64,000 nucleotides of DNA. It comes from Mytilus edulis. Taxonomy: Eukaryota. The notes beneath the pieces were generated by a model. That model was given only the letters and a program-made list of their open reading frames with translations, did no database searches and was not told the DNA's origin. Positions 53,636 to 64,000 of the stretch are shown in pieces (position 1 is the first letter of the stretch; each line of letters starts with the position of its first letter). Made by a program: the position numbers and the translations under genes. The DNA is taken from contig NC_092346.1 in the NCBI RefSeq assembly GCF_963676685.1, positions 45,136,001 to 45,200,000 on the forward strand, read 5' to 3'.

Positions 53636-54049
53636 ACAGGAAGATGGAGAAATGTACCGCGAGAGAATTTGTCCACTTTGTAAAGCTGGTCTTGGGGATG
53701 TGTACCACTATATATGTATATGTACCAATTATAAAGTTAAAGATTTAAGGGGGAAGTTCATACCTCCATATTATTTAAAATATCCAAATGTTAAAAAAGT
53801 ACTGGGCATGCTTAAATATTGTAATAATAATGTGCTGTCTAAGCTGTCAATTTTTATTCAAAAGGTAGAAAAGATGCTTGTCTGATTTAAAACTGCAATA
53901 AACAAAGATTTATCTCTGAAGATGTATAATTTAAAAATGTATACTGTATGTATTATGAAATATGTTGTGATCTATATTGTGCATAATATGCTCCTGTTAC
54001 GCAGTCTTCTGCGGCTGAGTTTTCTTTAATAAACTAAACTAAACTAAAC
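53636..54049 (+). mobile_element. 5'-truncated non-LTR retrotransposon (RTE-X-like 3' end)
   Basis: TGRWRNVPR / frameshift / ERICPLCKAGLGDVYHYICIC CCHC motif; stop at 53885; 3' UTR hairpin CGCAG-TCTT-CTGCG; AATAAA and (AAACT)n tail. Confidence 0.75.
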
Positions 54050-55071
54050 AAAACAAAATTCCAAAGAAACTTATTCCATTACCCTGGATATGTTAAGTTT
54101 TAATAATCAATAAAACTTTAATACTTGTGAGTGGTCTGATTATTTTATGTAAATATTTAAAAGATACCAATTAACTACTCTTTAAACATATGTAATGCAT
54201 AAATTATTATTTATATGTTATACAATTAATGAAGCATGGGCATTTTAAAAGATAAGATTCATATGACCCTAAAAAATATAATAGGATGATTAATTTATGT
54301 AGGACAATAAATAAAACGTAGATATTGAAAATATTAATATCTATCTTATCTCAGGGTATGCCGAGACTACTTGGAATCAGATATTCCGGATTATTGGTTT
54401 AGTGATAGTTTCTTCATTCTAGATTACAACCAAAAGAGCTGCTGTCAATAAAAAATAGAAATATTGTGATAAAATTAAAATGTTTATCAACTTCCATTGA
54501 TAAAAGCTTGCATAATGTCCAGTTGCAAGTATTTCATACTTATTAAGGACAATATACAAAATTCAACATGGACAGTCCTGAAGAGTTACAGTAATTGTGA
54601 TTTTCATATAAGCACCAGTACATGCAGCATATTATATAAAACATGGTAGAAACCTCAAGAAATCTGCCAAAATTATTGACCAGTATAACCTGCAGGACAT
54701 TTCCATGCAATATTTTGCCCAATATGAAAGAAAATGGAAATAATAATCTCAATATAATACATTGCTTAGAGATGGTTTTGTTACCTAATATTTGAAAATT
54801 GGCAATGCAGTAACTATTAGATATGATGTTTAATTATCAAAAGATCAGTCTGAGCAGCTTATTAATTTGAGAATCTAATACTGTAAATTCAGAAATTATT
54901 GCGATGTTTTATTATTGCGAAAAATGTGACCATGTTATAATCGCAAAAATTTAAACTCGCAATTTGTAATTTTTTATATGAATTCAACAGGCAATTGTCC
55001 ATAGGAACTCCCCTTATGACTAAAACAATGCCACCTTTACTATAAAGTTTCGTGAAGAATTATATCCTTAA

Positions 55072-55615
55072 GGAGGCTCAAGGGTATAAAAATTTCAGAA
55101 AAAAATCAAACATTTGTTTTTTCATTACAAATTTTATTTATTTCCTTGTGTAGTTGTTACTTTATCATATGGTAAATAAATCATTCAAAACAATCGATTC
55201 GTGTTGGCCTAAGATGACTTTCATCATTGAAAAAGTTCCAAAATATCTCCCTTTGGTGGAAAAATGCCATTTTTTGGCTCTAAAATTGAAATATCTTTTT
55301 CAACTCATCGGTGACCTATCTTTTTTAATATGATTTCCATATAAGCTTTACTTAAACTAAATACTTGTAAAATTTTAGCGATTTCTGTAATAAATTTCTT
55401 TTTTTTATTTCGATATTACCTTTATTTCTCCTATTACTTCAACAGAAAAAAAACACCTTTACAAAAATGTATGCTTCTTTCGAAGGCAGATTGTGAGCGC
55501 AAACGAACGGTGACCCCACTTTTTTATTTTATTTTTCTATTAACTATAAGATAAAGTTCATTTATAGAAAAATATAGAGAAATCCTATATAAATGATTTA
55601 GACCCGCGAACCCCC
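55072..55615. mobile_element. Kolobok-like MITE
   Basis: TTAA on both sides; imperfect TIR GGAGGCTCAAGGGTATAAA / GGGGGTTCGCGGGTCTAAA. Confidence 0.7.
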
Positions 55616-56367
55616 TTAAGAATGGAAAGTTGATATCCACTACTGTTTTATTCTAAGGTCAAAACAGGGCTATGTGCAGCATATTATAAACAAAATTAAT
55701 ATCGGTTTTGATTTACCCGATTTCCTCTGACATTGCTGTTAAAAAAAAATCAGAAATACATCTATTTGAAAACACACTACTTTTAATGCAAGATTTTTTA
55801 TTTGATGATCATTAGAAAGTTTTGATGGATAAAAGTACAGCAGTACAAATTATTTTGAAGATGTACTATATATGCAAGACATAGTAAAGCTCATTTATAT
55901 ATCATTTATCACTGTTATTTAAACGAGGTTAACCTAACTACTATATTTTCATTATATTAATGTTATAAATGAACACAGTGAAGTGGGGGTCTTTTTTCAG
56001 ATAGGACAGTTTATTTTAACATTAATAAGAAAATCCTGGGTACAAAAGACAAGAATTAAGTACCTATTCATGGTAACATAAGCTAATTAACAGGTTGAAA
56101 GAAGGTGAAAATCTACTTTGTCAACAGATATAATGACATTCCATGGTCCCCTAACTCTAACATTTTATTGGATATAACTAAAGTATAGATAACCTGACTT
56201 GTTCATCACCTATCATTTCAAAGTTCAATATTAATTTTGTGTATTGGTTTATCCTATTAAAATATGAACACTTTCTGTAAAATAATATCTTATGGCATAG
56301 TTTCCATTTAAAGTTAATACTCCTTTTGACCATAAAATAAGAACAAAAATAGTTCAAGTGTCCTTAA

Positions 56368-56638
56368 GGTGGTACCCAACACTTTAGCTAAAATTAATTT
56401 GGGTCGTTTAATTTTCTTAAAATTTTGACAAAGTATTTACTTTGACCCTTTAAAAAATATAAAAATTTCAAAAAATTTGAACCAACCGTTTTATCAGAAA
56501 AATTACACTGGTTATATAGCAGTTTGACAAACACTTATTTTGATCATCGAGAAGCTTAATATTCCCTTAACAACACAACGTAATTAAAACGTTTAGCTGA
56601 TTTTACAGAGTTATCTCCCTGTAGTGTTAGGTACCACC
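56368..56638. mobile_element. Kolobok-like MITE, 271 bp
   Basis: TTAA TSD on both sides; TIR GGTGGTACCYAACACT (15/16). Confidence 0.82.
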
Positions 56639-57778
56639 TTAAGTGTCATATGTAAATTGATCATAAGGTGTGTTGGATTCCTAAAGTCTGGGTTATACTG
56701 CAGCTTTTTCATAATTTTATCCATCTTTTATGTAGTTATTTAGAAATACAGAGATGTGGTATGATTGCCAATGAGACCAATATCCACTAGACAACAAAAA
56801 CTGAGAATGGTTACACCTATAAGACACAAGACCAGGCTGTTAACAAATTAAAGGCACTGTACAGACTTCAACAATGAGCAAACTTGATGCTGTAGTGAAC
56901 AAATTCCATACTGAAATGTATGCTATTAAAGGCCAGACATGTCAAAGTGTTAAACAAAAATATAGCCAAATTAATTGTAAAAACAACAAAAGAAAATAAC
57001 AAATAAAACAGAGAACAACCTGTAACCACCAGTGAATTACAGGACCCTGTCTTGGTACAGGCACATTTAGAATGTAAGGGGTGATAAATGTTTATATACA
57101 ATGCTGCACATCAATCCATCAATATATTGTCCAATCAGATCTCATAAAAGACAATGATCTTCAATTCTTCATAAACTTGTGAATGGATTTTATAAAAACT
57201 GAGAATGAATTTTTAGTGTTTATGATTTCATTATGCTGTCTTTTTTTATGTCCCAATACTAGTATTCATAATATATAAGTTGTATACTTGTGCTTCACAC
57301 ATGTAAAATAACCTTTGCAAGCAAATTTTGAATGGATCTGGAGGACCTATTGCATGACATTGTTGTAAACATACCCTGTTTTTACATGGACAATCGATAT
57401 TTCTAGCCCTTCATCAGTCAACTAAATATCCAAAATATTACTAAATGATTTACTCAATTAGTGCTTATTCTGAGTTTTTGTGAAATATTTGTCACTGGAC
57501 ACTGGTTGTTGATGTCTTGACTGATGCCACTAATCTCCTTTAATTCATATTTGCATATTTAAATACTTTTGTCATTTACTGGAACTAATTTGTACAATAC
57601 AACAAGGCATTGTCAGACTTATTTCTGTCTTCTTTCCAGTTCTCTAAAAATTAAACTATCAAAACTTGCATAGCTGGAATATTTCACTTATATTTGGATG
57701 GTTGGAAGAACATTTGTTTTAGTCAGGCAGTTTTAAATACTGATAGACTATAACAAAAATACCTCAACATCTGTAATA

Positions 57779-57987
57779 CTGTGGATTCATTTATTTTCGT
57801 GGGTATCAATTTTCGTGGATTGTTGAAAACTTGCATATTTGTGGATATTTGATTTCGTGGTTTTGCCAATATATGTAGATAAAGCCTATTGCAAATATGA
57901 CATTCGTTGAACATTTGAATTCGTGGTTCACCTGTACCCATGAAACACACGAAAATTGGTATCCAACGAATAAGAATGAATCCACAG
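57779..57987. mobile_element. TA-flanked MITE
   Basis: TA|CTGTGGATTCATT ... AATGAATCCACAG|TA. Confidence 0.78.
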
Positions 57988-59921
57988 TACTGTAAACAAC
58001 CAGATGCTTTAAAAACATGAGGATGCTGAACACTTTTTATTTTTATATGCTTGATGGTATCAAATTTGACATTCTTTAAACACATTTATTAAACAGATTC
58101 ATCTTAATTCCATGGTCCTCCTTGTTTCTAAATCACCATATAGTCTTACAGATAACTTGAAAATCACTATTAGAATTTTATGAGGGAAGGGAGATAACTC
58201 TAAAATTACTTTTTTCAGGTATTTGGTTAACCTGATTTTAGATATGTAATACAGATTCATTTAATTGATTATTTATTTGATTTGTTTGTTCAGTGAGATA
58301 ACTTTGTGACCCTGTCAATTTCTGTCGGATATAAATTGGTAGAGCTTGATACCTACAAATCTAAAATGGATTAAAATGGGGATTGGTTGTATGTAAAAAT
58401 GAAGAATAATCGATTTTGAAAAAAAATGGGATTTGGAAAGATGACATTTAGTGATAGATCATGATTTTTTTAGTTCTAATCTTAATCCTTGATCAAGAGG
58501 TTTCAGCATGACTTTGGGGTTTAAACTGTTGTCAATTTCAACTTTAAAGATATCAAAAGTATTTGAGATTCAATGCTAAGCAATATTTTTACTGCCCTTA
58601 TGAATAAAATATTGTCATTAATAAAAGATCCTAAATAATATTTCTTTTCCCTGCATTATGGATAAAAACATATTGCCAGCAAAAGCATTCTTTTCTCGTG
58701 GATGTTTGTCTTTTTGCAAGTGGGTGTGTTCTGTGTTTTAAATGATTTTGTTGGCATGTCATTGATATTATACCACTATAAAATTGGCTTATTCTTAGAA
58801 AGTTATTCTTTAAATTCCCAGCAACAGATTTTTCACAAAGTTCTTTGAATCATCTTATATGTGTGACATGTACCTCAACTCCTCATAGAAATGTTCTCCT
58901 TTTCCCTTTACATTTGTCAAGTGTATGTGTTGATTTTGTTTGTGAACTTATATACCAAATTCGTGGTTTTCCATTCATAATCTCATGTTATAATTAATTC
59001 TCTTTTAATTATTTCTCGAATAAACAATTAGAAATAGGAACTTTTGTAACCTGCAATGCTCAAGTCATTGCAATACTTTTGGTCATATTTTTTCATTTCA
59101 ATTTTTTTAGAGAAAATTTCTTTGAAATATTTTAAAATACCTGAAAAAAAATCAAATATAGTTGGCTTCCTGCAAGATATATCTTAAATTTGCATCCAGT
59201 AATTGTAGCAATTTAAATATTAGTGTTTTTTTTTTTAAATTGTAAATGAAGTTTTTTTTAATGAAATTACAAACAAAAATTTGTCAATTCCAAATTTGCA
59301 AGTCACCCAAATACATCTGGTTCATATTTTTTCATTTGAATTTTTAACAACTATTTTAAAGCCTGATACAAGCTGATGTTAAATATTGAAAGAAGTCAGT
59401 TATAGCTGTTTTATTATACAAAGTTGATTTATATATGTCCAATAAAAGGAAACTTATATTGGGGACACTTCTAAAGAGTTTTTGTATGATTGTATGGTTA
59501 TGCATATTTATTATACAGTTTGATTCAAGTTTTAACATAGTATATAATTTTTGGAACTTTTCCATATTATCTTACAAATATCAAAATAGATTAAATCTTA
59601 CAAAAATCAAATAGATAAAATGTTAATCTTTGTCACACATGTGTCATACATATATAGTTGTGTCAGAAAAGGACAATACCAGGGTTGGCATTACGTAAAA
59701 TTGCTGAAAAATCAAGAGACTTACTGAAGTTAAATGGCAAAGGCAAACAAAACAATCATTCAAAGCCAAAAAAACTATTAAATGTACCTGTATTTACTGT
59801 AAAAGCAAACATAAGTAGAATTTATGATGGTCTAAACCTTGTGAATTGTAAATACTTTGGTTCTATGTTGAAGACAGCCAAGCAACTGTGAAGAACAGCT
59901 GTTTGAACACTACTTCTTTTG

Positions 59922-60079
59922 TAGGCCCGTAGCCAGGAATTTCCAAGGGGGGGTTTGTTGGACTCACAAAATCGACTTTAACAGTCACAATTCGAACAGA
60001 AAATTGACTTTAACAGTGCTTATTTGTTTTCAGGGGGGGGGTCGTCCGAACCCCCCGAACCCCCCTGGCTACGGGTTTG
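59922..60079. mobile_element. Small hAT-like MITE with G/C runs
   Basis: Inverted CCCGTAGCCAGG / CCTGGCTACGGG; TSD not recognisable. Confidence 0.6.
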
Positions 60080-61177
60080 TACTGTCCCATATGAACCCCT
60101 CCTCTATTTTCTTTCTTGAAAAGAAACAAGAATTGGATGTATTTAAAAAAAAATGAAATGTAGTGAAACTTACAACTCCGCCCAACCCTTCCCCCAAAAA
60201 AAGAGAAAGATGCAAAAGAACAATAAAGAACCCAACATTTTCTATTTAAGTGTGCTGTTGATTATTTTTTCTGGGAATGTAAATAATTAAGCTGAAATGA
60301 TGACTTTATGAAAGTATGACATATACTGAGAGTGTTATAGTACACATTGGTCTGCTGTACAAATTATGCAGATAAGAATAAGAAGATGTGGAGAGATTGC
60401 TAATGAGACAACTATCTAGCATAGACCAAAGAACAAAGTGTGAACTACTAATTGGGCACTGTATAGACTTCAATCAATAGTAAAACCCATTCTATATAGT
60501 TATCTAGGAATGGCCCTTGGTATGAAAAAATGTTCAGAGGAGAAAACCAACTGTCTAATTAATGCCAAAACAACAGACAGCAAACAGATAAGACACAGCA
60601 AGCTATGAATTACAGGCTCCTGACTAATGAAGGGAACATATGGAAGTCAGTTTTTTCTCCATTAGTGGAAAGGGGAAATAAGATTTTTCATTTATTAACA
60701 CAAGTTGTCAAACTATAGTAACTTAATATTTGTGGTAATCAAACAAACAAAATAGCAAAATCAACTTCCCATGTGTAAAAGATTTAAAGTTAAACAAGAT
60801 TCCATTTAAATTTAAGTTAATTGATACTGAGTATCTATACCTATCACTTAAATCAGACCAAGTATACAAAAGTACACAAATTAATTTTCTTAAGTTCTAC
60901 TTTAAGAAGTGGTATTGTATGTTTAATTTTATGTCTTTGATTATTTTCAGGTATAAATTGCAGTACTAATGGGACCAAGCTATTGAACAGGAAAAATTGA
61001 GTAAACAGTTCTATCAATATTAACACAAATGATATTTAAAGTACCAACGTCAGTCCTACTAAGGCGAAATAAATCAGTAGTAGAATTAATAGAAATATAA
61101 AAGTTGACATTAATGATATGATATAGTTGACATGAAAAGAAAGATCATCCCATTATACAAAATAGGGGTGCCATACC

Positions 61178-62095
61178 ATGGCTGAAACTATCAATTGGAC
61201 TATAGAAATACCCGTGTTTACCTTGGCAGTCATTGGACTGCTAGTTAACCTGACTTCACTCTTTTACAAATTGGTTCGGTCCTTTTTATTACCAAAGTTG
61301 TGGAAGTATTCATTAATTTCTTTGGATGCCGCTCATATTTTTTTAGGCGTAGGATTAGTTTTACATTTAATTTATAAAATAACAAATATAGAAATTATTT
61401 GTAAATCAATATCATTTTTCTTACAGTTTGGATTGTTCGATTGTGTTAGTGGGTATTTAATTGCTGGAGTTATTTTATTAGGTATATACAATCCAGGAAA
61501 GTCGTCTAACTTATCATCCTTTCATCGAAATGTCTTTCTTGTTATATTTATACCACAGAAAATCGTATCAATTATTTTGTCATTATTACCACTCACACCA
61601 GTGTCGTTCTTTAATTTTACCTCGGTGAATGCAATTTCTTGTTTGAATATTGAGCAGAAAGGAGAAAAAGCTTTTTCTTACGGACTTTTATTAGTGTGTA
61701 TTTGTTGGATTGTAATTTTTGTGGCACTTATCTGTTGTATTATTAGTGCCGTAAAATTATGGAAAGGATTTAGTAACAGAATTCACTCAGCCTCACCGAA
61801 CGTTTGGCAAGCACAGCTCGTTAGCCAAGGAAGACAAATTCAGAAAATTTTAATTATCGAAATATTTGTTTGGATTATAACTTTATTAGTCTTAACGGTA
61901 ATCAATTATAAGAATACAAGCAAGTCATTGAGTGCAAGTGCGGCAGCATTGATATTATTGGACATAGCTACGATTATTCATGGAGTTTTGACAAACATTG
62001 GAAACAGTATGTGGAGTATATGTTGTTGTACTTCGTCACAGACAATAGAAGAAACTCATCGTAAACTTAAACAACTTGAACTTGTCAGACTTGAG
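61178..62095 (+). CDS. First coding exon (306 codons) of a divergent class-A/LGR-GRL101-like 7TM protein; 3'-partial
   Basis: accATGg start with in-frame TAG at 61163-61165; acceptor TTTTCAG| before 60951; seven hydrophobic segments; Cys at the top of TM3 and in ECL2; CCC after TM7; donor GAG|GTAAGT at 62096. Confidence 0.75.
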
Positions 62096-64000
62096 GTAAG
62101 TTATATGTTGATCACCTCAAACTCATTAAAACATGACAATAACATTATAAAAAATCATGTATGTATATAAATACACATGGAAAACTTTCAATATATGAAA
62201 AATACAACATAAAAAGGCATTTTAACTAAATGTTAAGTTATTTGCACTCAAAGTCCTCAACATGAAGTTTTGAAACAAATGGGGGAAAAAAAATTCTGGT
62301 TTGTAATAAAACATTTATGATTGCAATGTACAATCAGGAAAAGAATATATAACCTGGGAAAAAAGTGGTTCAAAAGTATTTTTTGAAGTGCTTAACTCAT
62401 ACATACTAACCAAAATAATAAAAAAATGAAGACTTTAGTTTTGACTTTGTCAAATGAAACTTGAAAAAGTCATATGTTGTCACGATCAAAGTTTCTGTTG
62501 ATTGGGTTAAAAAAGAAGGGGGAGGTATTCTGAGTAAAAGTGGCTACAATAAATAAAATGATCACATAGCTATTTTACTGTATCTTCTGTGTGTTCCATT
62601 TTGAGGACAAAACCTGCTTTGAAAAAGATACAAATCCAAGACAATCTGATAGAGATGACATATTCCTTGATAATAATTCAGATATAAATAAGTACCATTC
62701 TTATTCATAGTATATATTTTTTAAATCTTTTGATTAGATAGGCATCTAATGTACTAACAGTGTCTTTAAGTCCAGTAGATTTTCTCTGACAAAATGATTA
62801 TAAAATGGTAAACATATTTAGGAAATTTCAAATTTAACTTTTTTTTGTGTTGGTTTTTGGTGTTTTAACGCCACTTTTAAGCACTGCATTAAGGCTATTT
62901 CATGGCAGCTAATTTTTTTTAATTATTTTTAAATTTAACTGAAATTGTATTTAAGAAATGATCACATTCACATACAATGAATTATGAATGGTCTTTACCA
63001 TATTTGAATCTATAAAAATCTTATGAATATATGAATTGTTCTTTTTTAATAAGTAGGGATGTTTGTTTCAACTGTTTGACAAACAAACATATATTGACAA
63101 AAGAAATTAATGATGGTTTTATTGAATTCTAATAGTAAATGAAAAAGTTTTTGACAGGATAGACTCATCTCTGTTATTATTTTATTTCATAAATACGGAA
63201 AACTGGTAAATTCAGTTATGAATTGTTAAATTTCCAAATTATTTTTTTCTTATTTACTGCTTCATTTTTCTAAGAGTAACAAGATGTTGACCTTTTATTA
63301 AGAAAATTTCGTTTTAACAATATAACTCGATTATATTATATATGATTTTAAGAAAACATAATTGAACATAGATTACTGTTTTCATAAGGATTACAAATCT
63401 TTTTGTTTATTTTTGTTACAGAAAATTAAAATTTCAATGTTGCAAGAAAAACACTCCAGACAATTTATATGGCTCTTTTATCTCAGGAACTTAAACAAAT
63501 TTCATATTAATAAAATGGTCAAATATTAGTCTATATGTAATAAAGCCAAGTTCAAAAGAAAACGTTTTTCACACATAATGAAATGAATTGATCTGTTTGA
63601 ATAAATTTTATAAGAAAACATAAAGAAGTCGTATAGAGGTAGATACGATGTTTCACTTCATATTGACTTTCCTTTATATAAGTATAAATATAGGTAACTA
63701 GTTACCGTAATGACTTATCGGCTATTCAATCTTGACTAATAAACAGGTACTAAAGTGATCAAGCATTGGAATTTATCTTTGAGAAAATCTACAAGGCTTT
63801 TACATGAAAAGTTTTCCATATTTGTGACATGAAAGGTTAAACTTAAGTCTTTATCTGTACCCCCACTCAAACATTCAATATTTTGTAACCATATTTATTT
63901 ATTTCTAACGAGCAATTGTAGATTCACCCCCATTCTATTAAATGTGTTTTAATTTCTCCTGGAAATGGAGTGATACTTTCACCATTACTTTTGTATTAGG

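Noticed and set aside
13990-60640. Apparent uniform orientation of the AAGATGTGGTATGATTGCC repeat family
   Set aside because: A related fragment at about 32350-33150 appears to be in the opposite orientation and the family boundaries are unclear, so no separate claim is made.
62096-62170. C-terminal 24 aa of the 330-aa ORF
   Set aside because: Follows a consensus GTAAGT donor; most likely intron read-through.
63422-63530. Possible next exon of the 7TM gene after TTGTTACAG
   Set aside because: Intron-like composition and no recognisable protein features; cannot be supported without RNA data.

Overview
AT-rich eukaryotic genomic DNA with spliced genes; the repeat content suggests a bivalve mollusc such as Mytilus (inference). 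Host genes: a complete 14-exon CCT4 (TCP-1 delta, 532 aa, + strand, 1249-20423); a complete 4-exon acylphosphatase (102 aa, - strand, 27356-30213) that the ORF track misses and that includes a 17-nt microexon; a candidate 54-aa single-pass microprotein head-to-head with it; and the first coding exon of a degenerate, ectodomain-less LGR/GRL101-like 7TM protein (61178-62095) whose remaining exons were not found in the window. Much of the rest is transposable elements: a broken DD83E (Sailor-type) Tc1/mariner element with nested insertions in CCT4 intron 1, a Merlin/ISXO2-like element with an uninterrupted but apparently start-less ORF, about ten co-oriented Helentron-type (HINE-like) elements carrying tandem arrays, MITEs resembling piggyBac, hAT, MULE, Kolobok, Harbinger and Ginger, and LINE 3' fragments. 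I cannot support a wholly new multi-gene system. The best candidate for undescribed biology is the + strand unit from 30.4 to beyond 62 kb (microprotein, non-coding exons, orphan 7TM exon).
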